From an uncultured virus (IMG/VR IMGVR_UViG_3300028840_007457) (taxonomy: Duplodnaviria > Heunggongvirae > Uroviricota > Caudoviricetes): a stretch of DNA of 64,000 bases. Below the pieces are notes generated by a model. It did no database searches and was not told the DNA's origin. It was given only the letters and a program-made list of their open reading frames with translations. The DNA lies in IMG/VR virus record IMGVR_UViG_3300028840_007457, one strand, 5' to 3'. Made by a program: the position numbers and the translations under genes. Positions within the stretch are counted from its first letter, which is position 1, and every line of letters starts with the position of its first letter. Below are positions 30,076-40,639 of the stretch, in pieces.

Positions 30076-32334
30076 TCATTTTTCTGTTGAACTTTCAGGA
30101 ATTCCATTCCGTCGAGTCCAAACAACAGGTTTTTTGAATTTTCGTTTCGTATGATCTTGGCCTTGTGAATTGTTTTGTTGAACTCCAACAAGGGAAAGAT
30201 CTGTAATTTTAATTTCTGGGCTTCCTCCTTCGTCATCGTAAATATCCTCATAATCAACATCAATAATATCGTCACCATCGTCTAAATTAAATGAGTAGTC
30301 AGCACCTCCAAATTTTCCTTCAGTTTTATCTACAAATTTAATCTCAGGTCCACACTCTTCGATAAAACGAGATGGTTCCGTATAATTATCATCACCGTAA
30401 ATCCCTCGTAAATAACTTGTCAAAGTGAGACCTTCTTCAGCTCTGGTGATAGCCACATAAAAGACCCTGCGTTCCTCTTCCAAATCTTTTAGTAGCTGCT
30501 CTTTGCTTTTCAACCTATCGTGATCATCCGTCAAACGGATAATGGGAAACCTCCCGTCATTAAGACAAGCTACAAATACAGTGTTAAACTCCAAACCTTT
30601 TGCTGCATGACAGGTCATGAGTAGGACTTTATCATCCTCTTCTTTTTCATCTGCCTCTTGCATAAGGCTAACCCACTCTAGAAATTCTAGACTACCCCCA
30701 CCTGTATCCCTTTCAAATTGTGCGGTAGCTTCCAAGAATTCATTAATGTGTTCCAGTTTTGTAACGTCTTCTTCTTTTGAAGAAAGTTCTAGTTTTGTTT
30801 TGTAACCAGTTAATTCTACAATAGCTTTTGCCAACTCATGGACACCAACGCTTTCGTCTTTGTCCATCTTTCTAAGGGTGCGAAAAACACTACATAGCTT
30901 ACTTATACCGATCTCAGCTCGCTTTGTCAAGTGTTTTTTGTAGTATCCCCTGAAAAGTACACGCATGTAGGAACAATCATGTTCTTCCCGAATAGCTGAA
31001 AATTGGTCAAAAGAGACCTTACCAAAACCTCTGGCTGGTTTGTTGTAAATACGAACGAAACTGGCATTATCTTTAGTATTTACCACCAATTTCATATAAG
31101 CTAGTAGATCTTTTATTAATGCTCTGTTATAAAATCCTTTTGCTCCGATAATTTTATGAGGAATTCCTTGAAGAACACACTCTTCCCCTAACGCACGGCT
31201 GCTAGATTTAATTCTGTAGAGAATTGCGAAGTCACCATAGCTAGTTTTTTTGTCAAGTTTAATGGCAGTTTTTATTTCTCCGATAATGTAACGAGCTTCT
31301 TCACGACTATCCAATAATCGAACGTGTTTTATTGTTGTGTGCTTAGTTTTTACTGGGACTGCTGGTTTTCCTACAACAGATTGATTATGTCCTATTAACT
31401 GATTTGATATTTCAATTATTTCTGGTAAGGATCTGAAATTGCGTGTTAGATTGTACTGAATTGCAGATGGATATGTTTTATGAAAATCAATGACATTATT
31501 TATATCTGCGCCTCGAAATTTATAGATAGATTGCCTAGCATCACCAACTACGAATATATTTTGATGGTCTTTAACAAGCAATTTGCAAAGTAAAAACTGA
31601 CAATAGTTTGTATCTTGGTATTCATCTACCTGTACAAAATCAAATCTTTTGGCTACTTTTTGTCGTACTCGTTTGTTTTCCTTCATTCTAAGTACGACTT
31701 TCATCATAAGATCATCAAAATCTAGAGAATTACTCTTAATAAGTAATTTTTGATATTGATTGTAGCATTTTATTAAAAATAAATCTAAATTTTCATCCTT
31801 TCCAAAACCTTTGGCCTGTTTAGGTGAGAGTAAATTAGATTTCCAAGAACTAATTACTTTTCTGACATAGCTGGGTTGTAAATCAAAAATGCCTTCTTTT
31901 CCAACATCTTTAAGAGCACAACCAAGTATTTCAGACATAGCTTGTTTGACATAATTTTTAGCGTCATCTTCGTCACAAATTGTGTAACGTTTCTTTACTC
32001 CAAAAGTATTTGGTAAAGATCGCAATAATCGTGCGCAGAAGGAATGAAACGTACACATGGTTACTTTTTTAGCCGCTTTTTTAGGGACTAATTTGGTAAC
32101 TCTTTCCTTCATCTCCCCCGCTGCTTTATTGGTGAAAGTAACTGTAAGAATTCTGCTGGGATCTACACCTTTTTTAATAAGTCTAGCTACTCTACGTGTG
32201 ATGCATGCTGTTTTTCCCGCTCCAGCTGCGGCAATTACTAAAGCAGGTCCAAAACCATGTTTAACAGCAGCTTTCTGTTCATTGGTCAGGTTGGTTAGAA
32301 GTTTGACTTTCTTTTTCTTGATTTTCTTTTTCAT
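30076..32334 (-). CDS. uvrD: UvrD/PcrA/Rep SF1 DNA helicase
   Basis: AAAGAGKT, TFTNKAAGEM, VDEYQDTN, VGDARQSIYKFRGA, NFRS, MTCHAAKGLEF, EERRVFYVAITRA. Confidence 0.95.
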   Translation of the reverse strand: MKKKIKKKKVKLLTNLTNEQKAAVKHGFGPALVIAAAGAGKTACITRRVARLIKKGVDPSRILTVTFTNKAAGEMKERVTKLVPKKAAKKVTMCTFHSFCARLLRSLPNTFGVKKRYTICDEDDAKNYVKQAMSEILGCALKDVGKEGIFDLQPSYVRKVISSWKSNLLSPKQAKGFGKDENLDLFLIKCYNQYQKLLIKSNSLDFDDLMMKVVLRMKENKRVRQKVAKRFDFVQVDEYQDTNYCQFLLCKLLVKDHQNIFVVGDARQSIYKFRGADINNVIDFHKTYPSAIQYNLTRNFRSLPEIIEISNQLIGHNQSVVGKPAVPVKTKHTTIKHVRLLDSREEARYIIGEIKTAIKLDKKTSYGDFAILYRIKSSSRALGEECVLQGIPHKIIGAKGFYNRALIKDLLAYMKLVVNTKDNASFVRIYNKPARGFGKVSFDQFSAIREEHDCSYMRVLFRGYYKKHLTKRAEIGISKLCSVFRTLRKMDKDESVGVHELAKAIVELTGYKTKLELSSKEEDVTKLEHINEFLEATAQFERDTGGGSLEFLEWVSLMQEADEKEEDDKVLLMTCHAAKGLEFNTVFVACLNDGRFPIIRLTDDHDRLKSKEQLLKDLEEERRVFYVAITRAEEGLTLTSYLRGIYGDDNYTEPSRFIEECGPEIKFVDKTEGKFGGADYSFNLDDGDDIIDVDYEDIYDDEGGSPEIKITDLSLVGVQQNNSQGQDHTKRKFKKPVVWTRRNGIPESSTEK

Positions 32335-32430
32335 CTGTTTTTAACTTAAAGTTTTTTAATACCGAAGCAAACGGATTATGTGTTAACGGTACAGTTTCTT
32401 TCTTTCGAACTTTTTTACGTTTTTGCATTG

Positions 32431-33003
32431 TTACATTCCATCCTGCCAATTTCCTTGTGTTTCTCTGTAGAGTGACCCTGTGCTTTGATCTTCCTCATCA
32501 TGTTTTTCTTGTCTTTTATTGTATCCCAAAAAATAATCAAAGTCACCCACCCCAACTCTGAAAAATCTAAAGGTTTTTTCTTCTTCGTAAAGAAGCAAAG
32601 GTGCTCTATTTTTGATTTCAAGAGGATCTGAGTAACATAATGCTACGAAAAAAGTATATTGGTAAATAATAGGGTCTCCAACATATAGTAATATTATTCC
32701 TAAATCCCTTTTTCTTTTAAGTTCTTTTGCCTCCCCATAAACACCAAAAAGTACTACGTTGTGTCTAATTACCAATGGTTTTAAAAAGAATTCTTCATTA
32801 AATGCTAAGTTCATAAATTTAAGAACAAATATGGATGACCCACTTTCTTCAATAAATTCTTTTCTAAAATTTTTCCAATTAGTTAGAACAGTTTTAACCT
32901 CTTTTCCTAATTTCGTTGTTTTTGGCTGACCATTGATATCAAGAACTCCACCGAGCTTGATTCTAGCTTTAGAGCGGTTATTCTTAGATATGATTTTCCG
33001 CAT
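32431..33003 (-). CDS. Hypothetical protein
   Basis: 190-aa ORF, overlaps upstream gene; start uncertain. Confidence 0.45.
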   Translation of the reverse strand: MRKIISKNNRSKARIKLGGVLDINGQPKTTKLGKEVKTVLTNWKNFRKEFIEESGSSIFVLKFMNLAFNEEFFLKPLVIRHNVVLFGVYGEAKELKRKRDLGIILLYVGDPIIYQYTFFVALCYSDPLEIKNRAPLLLYEEEKTFRFFRVGVGDFDYFLGYNKRQEKHDEEDQSTGSLYRETQGNWQDGM

Positions 33004-34184
33004 GTCTGAATCTTTATGGGGGCAATGTCTGGTGACAGGTGAATGAAGGCTGTAAAATATTTACTCTGTACAGCTAAGTTCGCCATTCCTTTTTTAGCTT
33101 TTATTTTCTTAGCTGGTATTTCTGTTTTAGCTGTGTTGTCGTCTGCCATAGTATTAATTTGTATAATACCTTCTTTTTTCTGAGCTTTCATATTTAAAAC
33201 AATTGATTCTGAGGAAGTAGCTACCGATGTAACTGCTCCTATTGCGTCATAAATATCCTGCTTTCTAGCAATAAAAGAACAACCTATATTTTTAGGATTG
33301 GAGAACTTTTTAAGAACAAAATCTACATTATCAAATGGAATAGAAAGCACAGGATGAAAAATGTCAAAAGTTTCGGTTTTAAATCTAATCAGAGCTGGAT
33401 TTCCATCCATATCATAAACTAAACCTATCCGAATTGGAACTCCTTCTCCAATAGAATCATCGTCTACTTTAGCAATTCCTAATTCTTTTACAATATTGTT
33501 CAAAATTGTTGTTTTTAAAACAGCTTTAAACGATTTTTTAACAGCAATATCTTCTCCAGTTGCTTCTACTCTGGCAAAACTATAAGCATCTAAACCTGTA
33601 AGAACAATAGATCCAATTTTATTTTTCTTTTTCGTTATTTCCAACTGAACTCTAAGAGCTTCGTCTTTTACTCCTGGTTTAAATGAAATAGTACTAAGCA
33701 GAGTTCCAAAAGTATCAGCCGTTACTACTGCAAAATATTTAGATTTTAATCTATTCTTATTGGGTCTTCCTGTATTTACTAGCTCTTCAGCTTTCTTTAA
33801 TTCTTTAATTCTATAGCGATAGGATTTACTTGTTATTGAAATAGTAGAACTTTTCCCTGTGTAATTAAGTTTTACTGTCTCTTTTATGAGGCATCTAGCT
33901 GCTACAGAAGCGGATATTCCTACAGAACCTTCTTGTTTAACACGAGCTTTAACAATTTGTTTAATATAGAGACCATAATTTGCTGCTTCCAAAACTACAT
34001 AGTCATCTTTCGCAGTGAGGAGACAAGGATTGGCTGTATCATCTTTCACTTTTTTGGCGAAAGAGCTGAGAGCAATAATAGCTCGTAAAGCGCTATGGAA
34101 TTCATCTGCGTTTGCTTCAAATTGCATGAGTGTATTTTCCTGTAATTGAATCCAATTCTTCTTTAGAAAAAGAAAAAACTCCAC
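32907..34184 (-). CDS. DNA polymerase III beta-clamp-like sliding clamp
   Basis: Probable start MQFEAN; three-domain size; LEAAN...VKQEGSV, LTGLDAYSFA, AVQSKYF...FLI patterns. Confidence 0.6.
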   Translation of the reverse strand: MEFFLFLKKNWIQLQENTLMQFEANADEFHSALRAIIALSSFAKKVKDDTANPCLLTAKDDYVVLEAANYGLYIKQIVKARVKQEGSVGISASVAARCLIKETVKLNYTGKSSTISITSKSYRYRIKELKKAEELVNTGRPNKNRLKSKYFAVVTADTFGTLLSTISFKPGVKDEALRVQLEITKKKNKIGSIVLTGLDAYSFARVEATGEDIAVKKSFKAVLKTTILNNIVKELGIAKVDDDSIGEGVPIRIGLVYDMDGNPALIRFKTETFDIFHPVLSIPFDNVDFVLKKFSNPKNIGCSFIARKQDIYDAIGAVTSVATSSESIVLNMKAQKKEGIIQINTMADDNTAKTEIPAKKIKAKKGMANLAVQSKYFTAFIHLSPDIAPIKIQTCGKSYLRITALKLESSSVEFLISMVSQKQRN

Positions 34185-35007
34185 TTGATACTAAAAATTT
34201 CTTAAGTTTGTTTGGTTTAGGTTTTTTGACTTTTACGTTCAATTCTAAATTATCTCGGAGTTTAGCTAGTTTGTAGTTAATCTTAACTTGCTTTTTACAA
34301 AGCAGTAGATTATCTTTTTCCTTTTGGGTAATCCAGGAAAAATCTTTCTTTTTTAACTCTTTTAGAAAAAGAAGAAATCCTTTTAGAGTAGACACCTCTT
34401 TTACAAGTCTAACTGCTGTTTTATTTCGTAAGTACGGAACTTTTGGAATGTTGTCAGAGTTATCTCCGTATAGTATTTTGTACAACAATACCTCTTTAGG
34501 TTTGATCCCTTTAAGAACTTGAGTTACCAAACCCTCTGTCAGTTTGCCTCGTTTAGATGATTCTACCCAACGAAAAGGGTCTTGAACGAGCTGCCATAAG
34601 TCCTTATCCTCGGTAACAATACCAACCTGATCTGATGGTCTAACCTGTTGAGATAAGAAGGCTGCAATAGCGTCGTCTGCTTCTCCGAGTGGAGCTTTGA
34701 TTTGTTTTTTGGCCAAAAAGTTAAGCAATTCCAATGACTTAAGATAATATCTGGAAGGAATATTGAGCGATTTTCTGGCTCCGAACTTGTACTCAGGAAA
34801 TAATTTTCTCCGTTCTTGCTTTCCTTTTCCTTCAAGTGCGAAAACAAATTCAAAGTTGTTGAATGATTCTCTATAGTTATGTACCATAGAGAGCAATCTT
34901 GTCAAGAACTTATCCTCGCTCTCGTTAGAAACTGAAAATGCTCTAGCAACTATATTAGACCAATCCAGTATAAGTATATGGTTTCTTTGGTTAAAAAGTG
35001 GTTTCAT
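34117..35007 (-). CDS. 5'-3' exonuclease / flap endonuclease (PolA N-terminal, T4 RNase H-like)
   Basis: LILDWSNIVARAF, RRKLFPEYK, GEADDAIA, TEDKDLWQLV, GDNSDNIPKV. Confidence 0.9.
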   Translation of the reverse strand: MKPLFNQRNHILILDWSNIVARAFSVSNESEDKFLTRLLSMVHNYRESFNNFEFVFALEGKGKQERRKLFPEYKFGARKSLNIPSRYYLKSLELLNFLAKKQIKAPLGEADDAIAAFLSQQVRPSDQVGIVTEDKDLWQLVQDPFRWVESSKRGKLTEGLVTQVLKGIKPKEVLLYKILYGDNSDNIPKVPYLRNKTAVRLVKEVSTLKGFLLFLKELKKKDFSWITQKEKDNLLLCKKQVKINYKLAKLRDNLELNVKVKKPKPNKLKKFLVSSGVFSFSKEELDSITGKYTHAI

Positions 35008-35074
35008 TTTATTGTAATTAGCTCTTGCTTTTTGTACTTCTAGGACTCACAATAGAAGAAGAGGAGTTAGAACA

Positions 35075-35269
35075 ATGCTTGTGAACAAGAGCGTCAAAAT
35101 GGTTGCAGATCCTGCTCAATTGGCTTTATTACGCCGTCTGCCCCGGCATTCGGGTGCTTTGGCTCATTTGGGTATCCGTCTGCCTAAAGATGCCATTATA
35201 CTTGTAGGTAGTGAAGGAATCAAGATTGTTCTGCCTAAGCAGAATAAAGAAGAAACTATCCAAGCTTAA
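35075..35269 (+). CDS. Small hypothetical protein, divergent orientation
   Basis: GAGGAG RBS; fills gap between minus-strand genes. Confidence 0.55.
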   Translation: MLVNKSVKMVADPAQLALLRRLPRHSGALAHLGIRLPKDAIILVGSEGIKIVLPKQNKEETIQA

Positions 35270-36579
35270 CGCTGGCTCATCCCGCCTTCTAGCGGAAGTT
35301 CCTCTATCCGCGTTCTAATCGTCATTTTATCCATCATAAATTGAACAGGGAAAGTTCGTTTTTTACCATGACGAGCCTTTGCTAGGTGGAACTCTGTTTC
35401 ACCTTCTTCCTCTTCCTCTTCTCCGTATTGCCATCGAATCCAGTAGTCGGTATTTTCCTTTACTGCACGACCGTAGCGTATCTCATCATCTTCAGTCATT
35501 TGTGTAAGCACATTAGTAATACAATCTAATCGTTTGCATGTTCCTTTAAAATACCTGCTATACTCTAATTGCATTCGCCAAATATCCCTAAATTTGTGAC
35601 TTAATAGAGTCAGGTAATCAATGTACAAAGAATCATATTTAAACGGTTTGAGTGATAGCTCTATTTGTGGTGGAGTAAGATCATTTTGTACATCCCAAAT
35701 GGTAAAACGAGCTTTTTTCTTTATACCCCTACGGCGTAATTTTTTGAGTGTTTTACTGATTTTAATTATTTCCCCAGGACCATAATCGTTTTGCATACGA
35801 ATAATATCATGCGGAGTTTTAGTTAATCTAGAGAGCATACGATGCAGTAACTCTAAATCTCGCATTTCCATAGAAACAAAACAAACACTATATCCAGCCA
35901 AATATTGATTGATTGCCATATTAAGAGCAACAGCAGTTTTACCACCACTACTGTTAGCTGAAAGTGTGACTAAGTTTCCGCGTTCAAATCCTTTGATATA
36001 GTAATCCAGAGCCTCTAGTCCAGTTGGAATAAATCTATTAGCTCTTTTTTCAGTGAGTCTGTTAGTTAGATTTTTAAGATCTTCTTTACTTTGCCCCTTA
36101 CCAATGTGAAGCAGTGGTTGACGTTCAAATCCTTTTTTCAGATTAACTAAACTATCTTCTAAAACTGCACAAAACTCATCTATTTCTTTTTCTCCAATAG
36201 CGTCTTCTAAAACCTCTGCTCCTTTTTCTAAGCAATCATAGGCTATCCGCGCACGTTTAGTTGCTTTGAGAATATCTATTAATTTGTTTATTCTTTTTCT
36301 ATTTATATTTTTAGCTGCTTTGCGTAACTTAGGGGTGCCTCGGATAAATTTTTTGGCGTTTTTACTTAATCCAGGATCGGAAGAAAAATCTACAGCTGAA
36401 CCTAGCGGTTTGTCCAGCTGTATAAGTTTATCCATTCTCTCGCGTACTTCAATTCCAAATTTGCTACCGTAATCATCTGGCAGTGTTTCAGCTAAAATGT
36501 AGTTTCTGAGTTTTGGAATTCTGCATTCCAAAACCCCCAATAACAGCTTTTGCTCTGTACGGCTATCAATTAAATTCAA
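35266..36579 (-). CDS. dnaB: DnaB-like replicative helicase
   Basis: IPTGLEALD, ANSSGGKT Walker A, FVSMEM, YIDYLTL, LTQ, LAKARHG. Confidence 0.9.
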   Translation of the reverse strand: MNLIDSRTEQKLLLGVLECRIPKLRNYILAETLPDDYGSKFGIEVRERMDKLIQLDKPLGSAVDFSSDPGLSKNAKKFIRGTPKLRKAAKNINRKRINKLIDILKATKRARIAYDCLEKGAEVLEDAIGEKEIDEFCAVLEDSLVNLKKGFERQPLLHIGKGQSKEDLKNLTNRLTEKRANRFIPTGLEALDYYIKGFERGNLVTLSANSSGGKTAVALNMAINQYLAGYSVCFVSMEMRDLELLHRMLSRLTKTPHDIIRMQNDYGPGEIIKISKTLKKLRRRGIKKKARFTIWDVQNDLTPPQIELSLKPFKYDSLYIDYLTLLSHKFRDIWRMQLEYSRYFKGTCKRLDCITNVLTQMTEDDEIRYGRAVKENTDYWIRWQYGEEEEEEGETEFHLAKARHGKKRTFPVQFMMDKMTIRTRIEELPLEGGMSQR

Positions 36580-37130
36580 AGTACAATGTCTTTCGGTTTG
36601 AAAATTAAGGTAGGATATAAACCCAGCTTATCTTTACACCACGCTTCTGGATCATGAACACCAGCAACAGCAACTAGACGAAAAGAATATTGAAATCTTA
36701 AACATAAATCTCTAATGTGGGTAGTTCTAGTAGAATCTACTGTTGCCAAAATATTGTGAAGTAGAACACAAAAAGGATAATTTCGATTCCATTTTACTTC
36801 TTCTCCTAAATTAAATATTGCTGTTTGATAACGTCTTTTAAGCAAAGAAAACAAAATATGATACGCAACTACTAAGGCACCCGTATCTGTGGGTTCACTA
36901 GCTACAATGATAAGGGGGTTGTTTCTCCGGGTTTCCTTTGTCAATGACGCGAGCCAACTTCGTTGAAGAGTAGAGTTGAATTTTTCACCTTGAAAAGGTA
37001 CTTGTGTAAATCCCACTTTTTTAATCAAAGTGTCATCCCAAAATAATCTAGGCACACCTAATTTATATAGCTTCTTATGCCAAGCTGTTTTAATAAAAAT
37101 CTTGTCGGTGTAATTGTGTATTTGTTTCAT
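36576..37130 (-). CDS. Degenerate DnaC-like helicase loader (putative)
   Basis: LGVPRLFWD N-terminal motif, P-loop-like fold without canonical GKT; coupled to dnaB. Confidence 0.4.
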   Translation of the reverse strand: MKQIHNYTDKIFIKTAWHKKLYKLGVPRLFWDDTLIKKVGFTQVPFQGEKFNSTLQRSWLASLTKETRRNNPLIIVASEPTDTGALVVAYHILFSLLKRRYQTAIFNLGEEVKWNRNYPFCVLLHNILATVDSTRTTHIRDLCLRFQYSFRLVAVAGVHDPEAWCKDKLGLYPTLIFKPKDIVL

Positions 37131-37164
37131 GATTGTGTATAAATAGTTTTAACAAAATTGACTT

Positions 37165-38688
37165 TTATCTTCTGGGAGACCAGTAACTCATCCCGCCACT
37201 ATCGAAAAGGGTGGGCTCGCTGTATTCTATTTTCCAACCCTCATTTTCACACAATTTATGTCTGCTTTTGTAAGCTCCTGTTATTTGTCCACCTTCATCT
37301 ACGTAATCTCTAACTAGAGGGGTACGTTTACCCTGCCATTCTCGTCTTGCTCGCCCGTAGATTTGTTTAACAGGACCGTGTTTGACCAGAGGAGCTACAA
37401 AATGTAGACAGTCTAACGACTCGATATTCACCAATGCATCCATGACTTTGCTGGCACAAAGTACATGATACCGACCTTCATGCATGTCTTGATATATTTG
37501 ATCTCTGTTTTTGGTATCCCCGTCTACGTAGGCAACATCATAACCATCCATACGAAGACGTTTTGTAATTTCTCTAATAAATATTTTTTGTTGAGGACTA
37601 ATACAAACTATCTTTCTTTCATCTTCAATATCTTTATAGAGCCAGCTTAAAATAGTATCGTAGCGACTTTTTGATTTAGCTAGATGTTTGAGACAAAAAT
37701 TCCACTTTGCTCCTGGGTGCCAATTTTTCTTATAAATCCACATGGGGACTTTTACCCCCGTTTTAATAAAGGTAACTGTAGGCTCCATTTGCCTACCTTC
37801 ACCCTCTACTACAACTGGACCGAAAATATCAAACTCTCTAAGGTGTAATTTATCCTCTCTCTCTTCTGTAGCTGTCAAACCACAAATTACTGTGGTATTA
37901 AAAGAGGAAGGAACAATGCTATAGCGTTTGGTTACTAGTTCATGAACCTCATCTGCCAAAAGTGTTCCAAATTCATTTTGGTAACGAATTAAATCTTTAA
38001 ATCCACGTTTACTTTGTGTAAAGCTTTGAACGGTTCCAATAGTTATAGGGTATATTTTTCTATTTTTAGCATGATACATTCCTATTAATTTACGTCCTAG
38101 TTTTTTCTCCAGTTTAGTTATATTGGTAAGCTTTCTAAATTCTTTTAACCAGTGTCTATTTCCATCTTTTCGCTTACTGATTACTAAAGTAGTTAAACCC
38201 AGAGCTGCAGCAATAGCTACTCCAATTACTGTTTTTCCACTTCCTGTATCACTTTTTACAATGCCATGTCCATGTTTGAGAAATTCCTCTACACATCTTT
38301 TTTGGCCATCCAACCAGCGATGATCTTTTTTTACCTTCTTTTTAAGTTTTAGGTTGAAACCTAATTGGGGGATAGGTCGTAAGTCTCTAACAGGATACCG
38401 TTTAAAAAAGTATTTACACTTCTCCCAATCCCCTTTTGGAAGGCCGATAAAATTTATTCCACTGGAAGTATTTATTTCATTGAAGGTTCGGAGGGATCTG
38501 TCTATGTATTCAATATCATAAAGAGGGTTTCCAGCATGGTCAGTTTCAATATCCCCTTCTTCATCTATTCTTTCTACGTATTTTTTCTCTTCCCATTCGT
38601 AATACCACTTTTTTAATTGTCTTCTAGTGACTAAATTTTCTGGTACGTATAGCTTGTTGGAAAGTACTAAAGTAGTATTTCTCTTCAT
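37165..38688 (-). CDS. SF2 helicase (UvsW/Rad25-like)
   Basis: TGSGKT, DEVH, GLTATEERED, QIYGRARR. Confidence 0.9.
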   Translation of the reverse strand: MKRNTTLVLSNKLYVPENLVTRRQLKKWYYEWEEKKYVERIDEEGDIETDHAGNPLYDIEYIDRSLRTFNEINTSSGINFIGLPKGDWEKCKYFFKRYPVRDLRPIPQLGFNLKLKKKVKKDHRWLDGQKRCVEEFLKHGHGIVKSDTGSGKTVIGVAIAAALGLTTLVISKRKDGNRHWLKEFRKLTNITKLEKKLGRKLIGMYHAKNRKIYPITIGTVQSFTQSKRGFKDLIRYQNEFGTLLADEVHELVTKRYSIVPSSFNTTVICGLTATEEREDKLHLREFDIFGPVVVEGEGRQMEPTVTFIKTGVKVPMWIYKKNWHPGAKWNFCLKHLAKSKSRYDTILSWLYKDIEDERKIVCISPQQKIFIREITKRLRMDGYDVAYVDGDTKNRDQIYQDMHEGRYHVLCASKVMDALVNIESLDCLHFVAPLVKHGPVKQIYGRARREWQGKRTPLVRDYVDEGGQITGAYKSRHKLCENEGWKIEYSEPTLFDSGGMSYWSPRR

Positions 38689-38690
38689 TG

Positions 38691-38957
38691 TTAATTTTTT
38701 TGACCATCGAAGATTATTTCTGGTCCCTGCTTGGTTTGACGCGGAAAAATTACCTTACCGTCTGGTCCTGTAACATTTATACCTTCTCGGTTTAGTATTG
38801 CATCAATACGAGGATCATTTAAATGTACCAACTCAAAAAATATACGAACCGATTTTTCATACAAGTCTTTGTATTGAACAATTACATTACGCATTTCAAC
38901 CAGTTGGGTTACTACTTGCTCGAATTTTTCAATCATTCCGTCTAAAGGTTTTTTCAC
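38691..38957 (-). CDS. Hypothetical protein
   Basis: Tightly packed co-oriented ORF. Confidence 0.55.
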   Translation of the reverse strand: MKKPLDGMIEKFEQVVTQLVEMRNVIVQYKDLYEKSVRIFFELVHLNDPRIDAILNREGINVTGPDGKVIFPRQTKQGPEIIFDGQKN

Positions 38958-38962
38958 GATCT

Positions 38963-39595
38963 TTATCCTCTCTTAAATATACCTTCCATCTCAATATATT
39001 TTGAGATAATGTTTAAGACTACCTCTTTGGTTAGTCTTTTATCCTCAATAATATAGTAACTGTTACTCTTATTTTGCCAAAGTCTCACACGTTGAACAAA
39101 GAAATGTCTATCGTTGGGATGGTAACAAACTCTTATACGAGCTACTACCATTCTCTTTATTACTACTACAATAGGGGTCCATGTAATAAATCCGTTCGGA
39201 AGTCTTTTAACGTCGGTCCTGCTAAGCAGAAAAAATAAACTATCATCTTTTATTTCATCAGGAATATATCTGTAAGCATCATCTGTAATTGGAGGAGAAC
39301 GAAAAGCGAGGCTCATAGGAACAGCAAAAGGAAGAATAAACTGTCGTTCACAATCTGCAAGTAAATCTGTTTGAGCTGTGGGAGTACCAGGTTTGTATAC
39401 TTCTAACTCTCTTTTTTCGTAACGAGAAAATAGTCTTTTTCCCTGAGGAGGACTCCATTCTACATCGTCAGGAACCTCTCTACCTTGACTAAAAGTGCCT
39501 CGTTTAGAAAGTTCAGAAATTGTATTTTTAGCAATACCTTCTTCAGTAAGATGACCGAAAATAGAATCATCTCTTCCATAAAGATTGGATGGCAT
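38963..39595 (-). CDS. Hypothetical protein
   Basis: 210-aa ORF with AGGA RBS. Confidence 0.6.
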   Translation of the reverse strand: MPSNLYGRDDSIFGHLTEEGIAKNTISELSKRGTFSQGREVPDDVEWSPPQGKRLFSRYEKRELEVYKPGTPTAQTDLLADCERQFILPFAVPMSLAFRSPPITDDAYRYIPDEIKDDSLFFLLSRTDVKRLPNGFITWTPIVVVIKRMVVARIRVCYHPNDRHFFVQRVRLWQNKSNSYYIIEDKRLTKEVVLNIISKYIEMEGIFKRG

Positions 39596-39607
39596 TTGCT
39601 GGTCCTT

Positions 39608-40126
39608 TTATTTTTTTCGTTCTTGGGCAGATGTAATTACAATTTCACTTGGCTTGTTTACAATGTTTTCTTCTTCGTCTTTGTGATCTTCTGCATTATA
39701 GGGAGCAGAGGTAAACAAATCAGAATTAGGACCCATCACCCTGATGTCCCCATAAAAAGCGGGTTTTAAATCCTCTTTGGTAAATTGTTTAGCAGCTATT
39801 CCTCCATCAGGTTTAATACCAATTAATCTTATTTTCCAAAATCCTTTTTTGTGATGATCTAAGTGCCAACTTACTAGTAACATTTTGTCTGAATTTTCAT
39901 ACAAAACAAAAGCACACGATTTTGTAGAGTCAAAAGGAATTTGTTTAGCTAGTTTTCCGTCAACTCTGGGAATAAAAGGAAACCCTTCTTTAAAAGACTT
40001 GCAATTTTTCTTGGTTAAATTTTTAGATTTTTCATCATCATAGTAACATCCAGATTTACCTCCATATGTAGTATATAAAAATTTACATTTTTTACATTTA
40101 TTTCCTACTGTGGGTTTGTCGCTCAT
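39608..40126 (-). CDS. Hypothetical protein, Cys-rich N-terminus
   Basis: CKKC...C...C motif. Confidence 0.6.
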   Translation of the reverse strand: MSDKPTVGNKCKKCKFLYTTYGGKSGCYYDDEKSKNLTKKNCKSFKEGFPFIPRVDGKLAKQIPFDSTKSCAFVLYENSDKMLLVSWHLDHHKKGFWKIRLIGIKPDGGIAAKQFTKEDLKPAFYGDIRVMGPNSDLFTSAPYNAEDHKDEEENIVNKPSEIVITSAQERKK

Positions 40127-40132
40127 TTGCCA

Positions 40133-40639
40133 TTACCTGATCCGGTTCCGCGTGTCAATAGGATGTCCATCTATGACATGTTTCTCAAAATAAGTTTCGT
40201 CACCCAATACCCGTTCCCACAGATCTGTCTTTAACCAAGCTTTGCTTTTGTCACTGTTGTAAACTCCTTCTAATTTAAAGCGGTAAGGAATAGTGCTTTT
40301 TCTTGTTCTTGACATTTTGAATGCTAAAATAGGATGCACAGGGCCAGGAAATAAAGGTCCCTCAGGAGCTTGTGTGCCTCCTATTTCCATATAGTAGCCG
40401 GGATGTCCTGCAAAATCTAACAGGTTTACTCCTCTGGTTACAGCATGAAAATGTGTTAAGTCAGCTCTTCTACTGCCAAAGAAATGTTGTATAACCCTTA
40501 AGCATTCCTTTTCTCCATCTAACCGGATGAACTCTACCCAAGGTTTTCTAAGAACCCCTCGTAATCGATCATCCGTAAACTTTTTGGCTTTCTTTTTAGA
40601 AGTGGTCAAACTATCTTCCTTTAGGCTTTTTCGTTCCAA
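40133..40639 (-). CDS. Hypothetical protein
   Basis: 168-aa ORF, overlapping upstream stop. Confidence 0.55.
   Translation of the reverse strand: MERKSLKEDSLTTSKKKAKKFTDDRLRGVLRKPWVEFIRLDGEKECLRVIQHFFGSRRADLTHFHAVTRGVNLLDFAGHPGYYMEIGGTQAPEGPLFPGPVHPILAFKMSRTRKSTIPYRFKLEGVYNSDKSKAWLKTDLWERVLGDETYFEKHVIDGHPIDTRNRIR

Noticed and set aside
40403..40415. Self-target of the segment after variant unit A (TTT + TGCAGGACAT on the minus strand)
   Set aside because: Only 10 nt match; plausible by chance across 64 kb on both strands with several guides. No longer self-match was spotted by eye, but the search was not exhaustive.
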